Positions 48,991 to 57,616 of a DNA stretch of 64,000 nt are shown in pieces (positions within the stretch are counted from its first letter, which is position 1; each line of letters starts with the position of its first letter). The DNA is taken from assembly GCA_043800255.1 (NCBI GenBank), contig JAZDNF010000001.1, positions 96,001-160,000 on the forward strand, in the 5' to 3' direction. Under the pieces are notes generated by a model, which was given only the letters and a program-made list of their open reading frames with translations, made no database searches and was not told the DNA's origin. Made by a program: the position numbers and the translations under genes. The stretch comes from Candidatus Altiarchaeota archaeon. GTDB taxonomy: Archaea > Altiarchaeota > Altiarchaeia > IMC4 > SCGC-AAA252-I15.

Positions 48991-48992
48991 AG

Positions 48993-49337
48993 ATGAAATC
49001 AACAACGTATCTGGTGCTGTTGGCGGTATTGGCGGCCGGCATTACGGTCGCGCAGACAATGTCGTCTGATGTCATCTCCGACCCGGTGCTTGCGATAGTG
49101 TGCGGCATATACAACGCATTCAGAACGATAGGCGTCACCATCGGAGGCCTCGTATTCTTATATGCTGGCGTAAAGTATGTAACTGAGAGCGACGATCCCG
49201 CGGCAAGGAAGCAGGCCAGGGACATCATGAAGATCATGGTAATCGGGATTGGCATAATCCTGCTCGCAGACGTGACAATATACACCGTAGGCGGCACTGC
49301 CCTCTCAAACTCGTGCGTACCCTACATTCCAACATAA
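48993..49337 (+). CDS. TrbC/VirB2-like pilin 4
   Basis: TVA-Q; IVC; GVKYVTESDDPAARKQAR; SCVPYIPT. Confidence 0.82.
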   Translation: MKSTTYLVLLAVLAAGITVAQTMSSDVISDPVLAIVCGIYNAFRTIGVTIGGLVFLYAGVKYVTESDDPAARKQARDIMKIMVIGIGIILLADVTIYTVGGTALSNSCVPYIPT

Positions 49338-49338
49338 A

Positions 49339-49689
49339 ATGAAAACTAAGGCCCTTATCCTGGCAGGCTTCATTTTGCTGGCTGCGCAAACAGTCTCATC
49401 TCAGACCGTCGGGACATCGCTCACGAATGAGATATGGAGCTATGTAAAACCGGTAGTATGCGGACTATTCGTCGGTTTCACCCTGATAGGAGGGTCTATT
49501 GCAAGCGTTATGATAATCTACGCCGGCATAAAATATCTGACATCAGCCGATGACCCAGCGGCTCGGAAGAATGCGAAGGATATGATAACCCATGCGATGA
49601 TAGGAATCGTAATCATCCTTATCGCCAATTTTATCGTGGCCACGGTAACCCAGGGCGAGTTTTTCGGGTGCCAGTACTGGACATTCTAA
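49339..49689 (+). CDS. TrbC/VirB2-like pilin 5
   Basis: VSS-Q; VVC; GIKYLTSADDPAARKNAK; GCQYWTF. Confidence 0.82.
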   Translation: MKTKALILAGFILLAAQTVSSQTVGTSLTNEIWSYVKPVVCGLFVGFTLIGGSIASVMIIYAGIKYLTSADDPAARKNAKDMITHAMIGIVIILIANFIVATVTQGEFFGCQYWTF

Positions 49690-49690
49690 A

Positions 49691-50035
49691 ATGAAAATTA
49701 AGGTAACTAAAGCCCTAGTGATGCTCGGATTAATGGCCCTAGTTGGTCAGGTTGCCGCTCAGTTTCCTGTTTACTCGCTTGACACGCTTATCTACACACT
49801 CACGGATCCTATACTCTGCTCGATTTACAACGGCTTTAAGATGATAGCAGGCGGGCTTGCTGTCGTTATGCTGGTTTTAGCTGGAGTTAAATGGATGTCT
49901 GCCGCAGACGATCCCCCAGCAAGAAAAGTCGCGAAGGACATGGTGATACACACTGTAATTGCCCTTATAATAATCGTGCTCGCGACTTTGATCGTTGATA
50001 TAGCGTCCGGCGGACAGCTGACGGCTTGTCCATAG
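49691..50035 (+). CDS. TrbC/VirB2-like pilin 6
   Basis: VAA-Q; ILC; GVKWMSAADDPPARKVAK; ACP. Confidence 0.82.
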   Translation: MKIKVTKALVMLGLMALVGQVAAQFPVYSLDTLIYTLTDPILCSIYNGFKMIAGGLAVVMLVLAGVKWMSAADDPPARKVAKDMVIHTVIALIIIVLATLIVDIASGGQLTACP

Positions 50036-50055
50036 CATCTAATAGCGGATGACCT

Positions 50056-50385
50056 ATGAAAAAGAACGCCCTAATCCTAATACTTTTTTGTTATATGACG
50101 TCCGGAATTTTCGAGTACGCCGGCGAGATTTCTTCACAAATATCGACGGTATTTGAGACTTCGTTCTGCACAGTATACACTGTGATATGGTACCTTGCAG
50201 GAGTCCTAGCATCCGCCATTATCGTGGTTCAGGGCCTGAAGTGGGTGGAGGCTGACGATGACCCCGGCCAGAGGCAGCGTGCTAAAGAGACGATCGTGAA
50301 TGTGATATACGCTCTGATCTTCATAATCATCGGGAAGATACTCGCAGAGCTGATTATCGGCGAAACTTTCAACTGTGCGCCCTAA
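50056..50385 (+). CDS. TrbC/VirB2-like pilin 7
   Basis: SFC; GLKWVEADDDPGQRQRAK; NCAP. Confidence 0.8.
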   Translation: MKKNALILILFCYMTSGIFEYAGEISSQISTVFETSFCTVYTVIWYLAGVLASAIIVVQGLKWVEADDDPGQRQRAKETIVNVIYALIFIIIGKILAELIIGETFNCAP

Positions 50386-50420
50386 TCCCTTTATTAATTT
50401 ACAATTAGAATCTGTATAAC

Positions 50421-50756
50421 ATGAGGCGGTTAGCTGTCCTTATCCTACTCCTTCTCATCGTTTCAACTGGCGGATGTGTAACAGACGATTTTGATACGTT
50501 CATAGCGGACCTCACAACGCTTCTGGAAGAGATGGCGCAGATGATATGCGACCTGAACGAGGCTGTTCAGCTGATCGTGGGCGTCGTAGGCTCTTTTGTA
50601 ATAGTCCTCGCAGGCCTTAAATGGGTTGGATCGCAGGACAACCCCCAGGAAAGGACTAAGGCTAAGCAGATGCTTCAGGCGGTAGTCGTTGGTTTCGCAA
50701 TAGTGGCGTCAGCGACTTTTATAGTCGAATTTGTACTGGGAAGCAGCTGCATCTGA
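50421..50756 (+). CDS. TrbC/VirB2-like pilin 8 (lipobox-like signal)
   Basis: MRRLAVLILLLLIVSTGG-C; MIC; GLKWVGSQDNPQERTKAK; SCI. Confidence 0.8.
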   Translation: MRRLAVLILLLLIVSTGGCVTDDFDTFIADLTTLLEEMAQMICDLNEAVQLIVGVVGSFVIVLAGLKWVGSQDNPQERTKAKQMLQAVVVGFAIVASATFIVEFVLGSSCI

Positions 50757-50792
50757 GCCGCTTTATATACGTTCAAAAGAAGTTATATAACA

Positions 50793-51116
50793 ATGTCCGC
50801 CAGTAGCAAGGCCATCCATCTGACTTTCCTCATATTGTCCGTATCAGGGAGCGTTTCAGCTCATCCTCTCACGGATTCGATAGCTGACAACCTGTGCATG
50901 ATATTCCAGGCCATAATCCTCATGACCGGCGTTATAGCCGTTCTCATGATCACGATAGCTGGCATGAGATGGATAGGTTCCGAGGACGATCCAGCTGCCA
51001 GGCAGAAATCAAAGGAGCAGGTTGAGAGCATAATAGTCGGGCTGATTATCGCGGCGGCCTCTATCGGCACTGCTGCTGTCGTGACCGGTCAGACTCCCTG
51101 CGTGTGGCCGATATAA
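50793..51116 (+). CDS. TrbC/VirB2-like pilin 9
   Basis: VSA-H; NLC; GMRWIGSEDDPAARQKSK; PCVWPI. Confidence 0.8.
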   Translation: MSASSKAIHLTFLILSVSGSVSAHPLTDSIADNLCMIFQAIILMTGVIAVLMITIAGMRWIGSEDDPAARQKSKEQVESIIVGLIIAAASIGTAAVVTGQTPCVWPI

Positions 51117-51117
51117 C

Positions 51118-51405
51118 ATGGTTAACGTAGATTTTACGCCGGCACTGAAGTACATATGCGTGATGTCATGTTTCATCAGGCTTGTTGTCGGCCCGATAGC
51201 GGTCCTGATATTGTCTCTTGCAGCGCTACACTGGCTTAAGTCCGAGGACAAGCCAGACGAGAGGAAGCAGTCCAAGCAGCAAATGAAGAACGTGCTGGCT
51301 GGTATCGTAATCATAACCATAGGTTACATTGTGGTTGAGGCAATCTTAGGCTCGGCTTCCATGGTAAACTGTGATGCGGTAACAGGTAACGCATGTCCAG
51401 TATGA
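51118..51405 (+). CDS. TrbC/VirB2-like pilin 10 (no signal peptide, 4 Cys)
   Basis: YICVMSC; ALHWLKSEDKPDERKQSK; NCDAVTGNACPV. Confidence 0.75.
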   Translation: MVNVDFTPALKYICVMSCFIRLVVGPIAVLILSLAALHWLKSEDKPDERKQSKQQMKNVLAGIVIITIGYIVVEAILGSASMVNCDAVTGNACPV

Positions 51406-51716
51406 AAAAGATCACAATTGTCATAGCAGGCGTGTTGTCAGCCGGCTCAGCGGCTGCGATAACCGGATTGCAACTTGTGCAACCCGTCTACGATGTTGTC
51501 TGCCTTTTTAAGGATGCTGTTGAGAATACCATAGGCGCGTTAGCCGCCATTCTTTTCGTATATGCTGGCATAAAATGGATAACCTCCGAGGAGGTGGAGG
51601 AGCAATTGCACGCGAGGGACATACTGGTGTACACTATAATCGGGCTGATACTGCTTGGGGTTATTGGAGGCATTACGCGCATACTCTTCCCAAATGTAAT
51701 CCTATCGTGCATTTAA
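51402..51716 (+). CDS. TrbC/VirB2-like pilin 11 (acidic loop)
   Basis: SAAA-I signal; VVC; GIKWITSEEVEEQLHAR; SCI. Confidence 0.78.
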   Translation: MKKITIVIAGVLSAGSAAAITGLQLVQPVYDVVCLFKDAVENTIGALAAILFVYAGIKWITSEEVEEQLHARDILVYTIIGLILLGVIGGITRILFPNVILSCI

Positions 51717-51722
51717 CAGAGA

Positions 51723-52508
51723 ATGAAAGTGTTGGACGTATTCAAGGAGAACGGGTGCGCTTTCATGCCGTACGTCTGCGCCGGAGACCCTGACCTAGTC
51801 ACAAGTAAGGAGATTGTGGGGGCTTTAGTCGGCAGCGGGGCTGACGTCATAGAGCTGGGTCTGCCCTTTTCTGACCCTATTGCGGACGGTCCCACAATCC
51901 AGGTTGCAGCCCAGAGGGCTTTGGATGCGGGAATGAACACGGATAAATACTTCAAACTATGCGGCCAGGTTTCGAGGGAATATGATGTCGCCCTTGTCTG
52001 CATGACCTATTATAACCTGATTTTCAATTACGGTTTGGACAGGTTCGCGAGGATGTGCGCTAAATCAGGCGTTTCAGGTTTAATCGTTCCGGATCTGCCT
52101 GTTGAGGAATCAGGCAGCTTGAAGAAAGCTTGCAGGAAGCGGGGTCTGGACCTGATACACCTTGTGGCTCCAACCACTATCGGGAAGAGGCGTGATCGAA
52201 TAGTCAAGGACAGCACAGGCTTCATCTACCTGGTGTCAGTGACCGGCGTAACTGGGGCTAGGAGGAACGTGGGGGTTGAAGTCGAAGGGCTGTTGAAGAA
52301 GATGAAGAGGAAAACCAAGCTTCCAGTCTGCATCGGTTTCGGGGTGTCGAAGCCTTCGCATGTTAAGGAGCTCAAGAGGATGGGCTTCGACGGCGTCATA
52401 GTGGGAAGCGCGATAGTGGATGTGATAGAAAAGAACCTCGGGAGCAAGCAGCGGATGCTCTCCCAGCTGAAGAAATTCGCGAAAAGCCTCAGCGATGCGA
52501 GGCTTTGA
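51723..52508 (+). CDS. trpA: Tryptophan synthase alpha chain
   Basis: IELGLPFSDPIADGPTIQ, MTYYN, PDLP, GVTG, GFGVS, DGVIVGSA. Confidence 0.97.
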   Translation: MKVLDVFKENGCAFMPYVCAGDPDLVTSKEIVGALVGSGADVIELGLPFSDPIADGPTIQVAAQRALDAGMNTDKYFKLCGQVSREYDVALVCMTYYNLIFNYGLDRFARMCAKSGVSGLIVPDLPVEESGSLKKACRKRGLDLIHLVAPTTIGKRRDRIVKDSTGFIYLVSVTGVTGARRNVGVEVEGLLKKMKRKTKLPVCIGFGVSKPSHVKELKRMGFDGVIVGSAIVDVIEKNLGSKQRMLSQLKKFAKSLSDARL

Positions 52509-52510
52509 CA

Positions 52511-55294
52511 TTAGTCGATTATCTCATAAGCTCTGACGTAGCCCCAGGAGCTGTAGTCCTGCTCGCCTGGGTAGTCCTCAAAGCCGTTGAATTCGTCCAA
52601 AAGCCTGAAGTGTTTCAAGGGGGTTATCTCCCTGTTGTACAGGCCGTACTGCTTGTACTCTTCGATGTAGTCTCCAAGATAGAGTTTTGTCATCATGAAG
52701 TCTGAGAACTCTCCCGGGACGTAGACTAGCGTGTTGTAGGGCGGGAACCTGCATATGTTGTTCTCAGGCAGTCTAGCCCACTGTGTGGTGCACGTCATTA
52801 TAGTGCTGAGAGGCTGCACTCCCAGTATGGAGGCGTCGTTGTCCTGTATCCAGTTGTCCCAGAGTATCCGCCTGCCGTACAGGTCCATGACCGATACTGT
52901 GAAAGAGTTCTCGCTCACGTCGAATATGACATAGGATATGTACGCTGGAACGCACCTGAAAACGATCCTTTGGGTGTAGGCTACGGTTCCATCCTCCTTC
53001 GTTGTGATCCTCGGCTTGAGGTCGCTCTCCTGCGGCGAGAAGCCGCAGTGGGCGTAGTTCCTGAACGAGCCTATGATTTCGTTGTCTATGTCGCCTGTTG
53101 CTATCTCATGGAGGGCGGATCCCTTCCCTATCATCGTCCAGTCTATCACCACGTACCTGAGGTCTACTCCCTCAGGGTATAAGTTCGTAATGTTCGAGTA
53201 CATGCTCGAGTAGTTTCTGACTATGTCGAAAGCCTCCTCCTCTGATGTCTTGTTCACGAAAAATCTTGCGACATCCTGTATCTGGAAGGCGTCAGCTTGC
53301 AGGTTGTCTATTAGGACAGACCTATACCCTGTTGATGTGATCCAGTGCCCATAGTCCCACCACGTTATTATTGCGGTATTGTTTGGGGTTTTCTCTCTCA
53401 TCCATGTGAGCGCCGGCTGCCAGTAGTATACGTCACCCAGCCCGGTATAGAGTGGGTGAACTCCGACGAACTTGTCATAGTTTGATGCGCCTGTGAACGG
53501 TATAAAGATTAATGGCGTAATCATAACGAATATCGCGCCTATGATCCTGATGCTCTCAAAGTCTTTCTTTTTGGCTATTGAGAACAGGCCGATGGTCGCT
53601 CCCAGCGCTGCTATGGGCACGCTTGCTGTGAACAGGTACTGTGACTTGTTGTACACGCCGTATATCATCGGCAGGCTCCATGTCAATATGAACAAGGCGC
53701 CGAAACTCCTCCTGGTCAGGCCGATATAAAGTAATACTGGGATCATCACCAGCCCGTAAAGGATTGCTATGCCGAATCTCATGGGAGTATACGCAAGGAA
53801 CTCTTTTATCGAATTTGAAGTTGGATTCTGCTCTGCTATTGTGACGGTTATCACATCATGGGCTCTGACGTCCTTTACGATTTCGAGCATCTGATTCTTA
53901 ATCAGGTCCCATCCTATATAATACGACCCTGCGATCACAGAGGCCACAATCAGCAGCGTTATCGGTGCCATGTTATCCCGTATTGTGTTCTCTATGCTGT
54001 CCATAAACACCTTCTTTTCCACCCTGTTTTTTCCATACCTGTGCTTTCTGATATTCTCCAGGATTATCGTCACCAGCAGCATGCCTGCGAGAGTTGCTGC
54101 GATGATGTTCCCCGGGTAGAAGCTGTTGATGTTCGGAAGCGTCTTCAGGGGATGTAAGAAGAATGGTGTAAGGAAGCTTGGAATTAGTGCAATCAGCACG
54201 TAGGGGATGTGTTCTAGGCAGTCTCGCCTGTGGATGAAATTCACCAGCGAATAGACTATGCTGAATATTGCGATTATTATGGCGGCGTATACGTATCCTC
54301 CCCAGGACATCCTAAGCAGCAGGAAACTGTAACCTGAAAGCAAGGCGAGTATGAGGCTTTTCCTCCTGAATGCCATGACAAAAAGATAAAAGCTTGCCAC
54401 GAACAGGAACATGCCCATGGCGTCATCCTCCGTGTTCGATGCGATTGCGCTGATCGCAAATGCGGGGCTTAACATGAGCATGAAAGCCGCGAGAATCGCC
54501 GCAATATTGTTGTACGGTGGCATGTCATGGAAAAGCTCCTTGACAAGGAGATAAAACAACAAAACCGTTAGCGCGCCCATTATCCCCCCGTATAACATCG
54601 CGACATCATACAATGATATCCCAATCAGCTTTGTCAGAGTTGCCATTGACGCTATGAACAGCGATGCGAAAAGCGGCACTACTGATATGTTCAGGCCGGG
54701 CGGTATGTTCGGGTTGTATTTCTGTATTCCCCCCCATATGGGGTATGTCATATAATCGTGGTCTGGGAGGAAGCCCGTAGTGTAGGTCAAATCTGCCCAC
54801 TTATAGTACCAGTAGGGGTCTATGTTTGAGATGAACGGCAGTTCGGCTGGCACGAGATGTATGATCAACGTCGAGAGAAATAGCGCGAGAACTGCTGCCA
54901 TCTGGGGTTTCATGAGCTTGTGCATTGATGCTGCATAGGCCAGCAGGAACACTCCGAATACGACCGAGAATATGGTGTAATCCCTGCCCATCCCTCCGGC
55001 GTATATTGTCGAATAGTAGAGGAAGAGGGTCACGACGAATATCAGCACCGGAACTCCGAAAAACCAGAAGTTTTTTGTGCCCCCCTTGAAGTACATCTTG
55101 ATGAAATACAGGCTCAGGCATCCGATGAAGAAGCTGCCGATGTACAGGACGCCTGCGACGCTTCCCATTCCGACAATAAGGCGGGCCGCGGCTATGAGGA
55201 AAGCTATTATGGAAAGCAGGAACAGCGGCTCCTGAATGTGTTCGGCGAAATCCGGAAGTTTCAGCTTTATCTCAAAACCTTCAGAGTCTCCCAT
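52511..55294 (-). CDS. aglB: Oligosaccharyltransferase AglB (STT3)
   Basis: IDPYWY, TIAEQ, WWDYG, many TM helices. Confidence 0.92.
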   Translation of the reverse strand: MGDSEGFEIKLKLPDFAEHIQEPLFLLSIIAFLIAAARLIVGMGSVAGVLYIGSFFIGCLSLYFIKMYFKGGTKNFWFFGVPVLIFVVTLFLYYSTIYAGGMGRDYTIFSVVFGVFLLAYAASMHKLMKPQMAAVLALFLSTLIIHLVPAELPFISNIDPYWYYKWADLTYTTGFLPDHDYMTYPIWGGIQKYNPNIPPGLNISVVPLFASLFIASMATLTKLIGISLYDVAMLYGGIMGALTVLLFYLLVKELFHDMPPYNNIAAILAAFMLMLSPAFAISAIASNTEDDAMGMFLFVASFYLFVMAFRRKSLILALLSGYSFLLLRMSWGGYVYAAIIIAIFSIVYSLVNFIHRRDCLEHIPYVLIALIPSFLTPFFLHPLKTLPNINSFYPGNIIAATLAGMLLVTIILENIRKHRYGKNRVEKKVFMDSIENTIRDNMAPITLLIVASVIAGSYYIGWDLIKNQMLEIVKDVRAHDVITVTIAEQNPTSNSIKEFLAYTPMRFGIAILYGLVMIPVLLYIGLTRRSFGALFILTWSLPMIYGVYNKSQYLFTASVPIAALGATIGLFSIAKKKDFESIRIIGAIFVMITPLIFIPFTGASNYDKFVGVHPLYTGLGDVYYWQPALTWMREKTPNNTAIITWWDYGHWITSTGYRSVLIDNLQADAFQIQDVARFFVNKTSEEEAFDIVRNYSSMYSNITNLYPEGVDLRYVVIDWTMIGKGSALHEIATGDIDNEIIGSFRNYAHCGFSPQESDLKPRITTKEDGTVAYTQRIVFRCVPAYISYVIFDVSENSFTVSVMDLYGRRILWDNWIQDNDASILGVQPLSTIMTCTTQWARLPENNICRFPPYNTLVYVPGEFSDFMMTKLYLGDYIEEYKQYGLYNREITPLKHFRLLDEFNGFEDYPGEQDYSSWGYVRAYEIID

Positions 55295-55295
55295 T

Positions 55296-55988
55296 TTATC
55301 TCCCGAATCTCCGCTCCCTGCTCTTGAAGTCGCTTATGATTTTCTCAAGGTCCTCTCGGGTGAACTCCTGCCAGAGCTTGTCAGAAAAGTATATCTCAGA
55401 GTAGGCCGACTGCCATGTGAGGAAGTTGCTGAGCCTGTCCTCCGATGTCCTTATTATGATGTCTGGGTTGTCCTTGACCCAAAGGTTGCTCTCAATGTTC
55501 TTATCGTTCAGTTCCAAGCCTTCCTCAACGACCTTCTTTGCGGCGTTGATAATCTCCTGCCGGCCCCCGTATCCCATCGCCAGATTTAACACCAGTTTGT
55601 CATGGTCTCTCGTCTTTTCCTCAAGCTTCTCGAGGTTGTCAATCAACTTGCCCCCGAGGCCAGGGTTTGTCGCCGTCGACCTTATAGTGTCCCTGTCGCC
55701 GCACACGTTGACTTTTACTCCCTCCTTCATTATCCTCTTGTCACCCATCGCCTTCTCGGCCTGCTCGTTGAATACCCTAAAAAGAGTCTCTATCTCGCTT
55801 TTGTCCCTGTTCCCGATGTTTTCAAGCGACAGGGCGTAGATTGTAACCTGGTTGACTCCGAGCTCCCTGCACCAGTTAACGAAATCGAAGAAATGGCTTA
55901 TCCCCTCCTGGTAAGAGTTCTTAAGATTAAGGGCCCCCTTCTTCCGCATGTACCTCCGGTTGCCGTCAGGTATCAAAGCGATGTGCAT
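55296..55988 (-). CDS. uppS: cis-Polyprenyl diphosphate synthase
   Basis: HIALIPDGNRR, YALSLEN, YGGRQEI, IRTS..RLSNFL.WQSAYSE, RRFGR. Confidence 0.95.
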   Translation of the reverse strand: MHIALIPDGNRRYMRKKGALNLKNSYQEGISHFFDFVNWCRELGVNQVTIYALSLENIGNRDKSEIETLFRVFNEQAEKAMGDKRIMKEGVKVNVCGDRDTIRSTATNPGLGGKLIDNLEKLEEKTRDHDKLVLNLAMGYGGRQEIINAAKKVVEEGLELNDKNIESNLWVKDNPDIIIRTSEDRLSNFLTWQSAYSEIYFSDKLWQEFTREDLEKIISDFKSRERRFGR

Positions 55989-56030
55989 TTTTCTCTTAAA
56001 TTAATCTATTCGCCTTATATTAAATAAATA

Positions 56031-56513
56031 ATGAGGGTTCTTGACACGTCTGCGATTCTCAGATCCGATCTGGATTTTTCAGACGGTGAATACTGCCTCC
56101 CGGATTCGGTTCTTGACGAGCTCGAATCTGTTGGAGACGAAAAAACCGCGTTGGCGGTTGCCATATCTATTAAAACCAGGGATATAAAAGTCTTGAATCC
56201 GTCTGAAAATGCGTTGGCGGCTGCGTTGGAGGCTGCGAGAGCTACTGGAGACGTTGGCAGCCTCTCTGAGACCGACTTGGATGTGATCGCCCTCGCCTTG
56301 CAGACTTCCGGCAGTATAGTATCCGACGACTATGCAATACAGAACGTCGCCTCCCACCTCAGCATAAAATTTGAGCCGACAGCCCAGGACGGAATACGAA
56401 AGAAAGTGAAATGGGTTAAACGATGCTCAGGCTGCGGGAAAACATATGGGGCAGAATACGACGGGGACTGCAGTGTCTGCGGTTCAAGGCTTAGGAGGGA
56501 AGCAGGCACCTAG
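56031..56513 (+). CDS. nob1: NOB1-family PIN endonuclease
   Basis: VLDTSA, LSETD, SDDYAIQNVA, Zn ribbon CSGC..CSVCG. Confidence 0.92.
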   Translation: MRVLDTSAILRSDLDFSDGEYCLPDSVLDELESVGDEKTALAVAISIKTRDIKVLNPSENALAAALEAARATGDVGSLSETDLDVIALALQTSGSIVSDDYAIQNVASHLSIKFEPTAQDGIRKKVKWVKRCSGCGKTYGAEYDGDCSVCGSRLRREAGT

Positions 56514-57616
56514 TCTGCCAGCATCGCAGAACCCTTGAGCATCAGGTACACTCCAGCGTATTCCGGCAGGCTGACTCTTTCGCCAGTCCTGTAGGGGCCG
56601 TGCTTTTCCCCGCCGAGTTCGAATTTCGGGATGTCCTTGCCGATTTCCAAATCTATCATGGTGGTTGGGAAGACTACTGCATCTTCCAGGGGATCGAAGG
56701 CGTCCAGGTCCTTGATTGTCATGGCCTTAAGCCCTGTCCCCCCGTGGAGTGAGTCCGGGAGGCGCATAAGCCTTGAAGTGTCCAGCGTCACCATCCTGTC
56801 AGTGTCGCCTATCAGGTTTATGGCCTTCTCCTCTACTATCCTCTGCTTCAGGCCGTTGGACAGGTGCAGCAGGCCGTCCCACTGTCCCCTCTCCAGCGAT
56901 TTTATGTTCTTCTGCCTGTCTCTTATCAGCTGGGCTGCGGTCTTCTCGCCTATGCCCGGAATCTGCTTAAGCATTTTAGGATCGTTCTCTGTTATGACAT
57001 CGTATGTTGCATCATAGATTCTGCCAGCCCAACCCCGGTCCCCGCTCCTAGGGCCTCTCGTCATGCCCTCCCCCCCGGATAGGAAGAGCTTGAGGTCCAA
57101 GCCTGTTCCAGTTATGTAGTCTATTACCTCCCTCCTCCCCTGGCCGTCAAGGTACCTTGCACCCTCGGAGATGACGTGGATGTGATACCCTTTCCCACCC
57201 GAGAAGTTCATGCGTATTTCGCCGGAGGGGAAATTGAAATCGTCTGTGAGGAATTCCATCAGGTTCCTAGTCTGCCTTTTGACTTTTTCCATCTTCTCCC
57301 TGCTGAGGTAGTCGACGTCGGTGTCCAGGTCGAAGACTAGGTCAGCGCCGTCCCAGTTTTTCGCATCCATCGGCTGGTTGGTGGGGTACTCATAGTATGC
57401 CGCGGAATATGATATGAAAAACGGGGCCTCCCTCTTCAGGTAGTTCGTAAGCTCCTTCTGGCTTTCGAATGACTTGTGTCTCACCCTTATCTTGTCGTCC
57501 AACGTTCCCACTCCGAATTCTCTGATTGACACTTCAGCAGGAGCCGGAACGTTGTTCCTGAAGTAGTACTCCTTGAACTTTTTCTTCAGGAAGATTCTGG
57601 TCTTAAGGTCCATCAT
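56510..57616 (-). CDS. priS: DNA primase catalytic subunit
   Basis: REFG, DLVFDLD, FSGGKGYHI, D..VT.D..RLMRLPDSLH. Confidence 0.95.
   Translation of the reverse strand: MMDLKTRIFLKKKFKEYYFRNNVPAPAEVSIREFGVGTLDDKIRVRHKSFESQKELTNYLKREAPFFISYSAAYYEYPTNQPMDAKNWDGADLVFDLDTDVDYLSREKMEKVKRQTRNLMEFLTDDFNFPSGEIRMNFSGGKGYHIHVISEGARYLDGQGRREVIDYITGTGLDLKLFLSGGEGMTRGPRSGDRGWAGRIYDATYDVITENDPKMLKQIPGIGEKTAAQLIRDRQKNIKSLERGQWDGLLHLSNGLKQRIVEEKAINLIGDTDRMVTLDTSRLMRLPDSLHGGTGLKAMTIKDLDAFDPLEDAVVFPTTMIDLEIGKDIPKFELGGEKHGPYRTGERVSLPEYAGVYLMLKGSAMLAD

Noticed and set aside
47902-51716. Pilin array as a CRISPR array, diversity-generating retroelement or shufflon
   Set aside because: The similarity is mainly at protein level. 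There are no identical direct repeats, no reverse transcriptase or template repeat, no invertase and no inverted cassettes.
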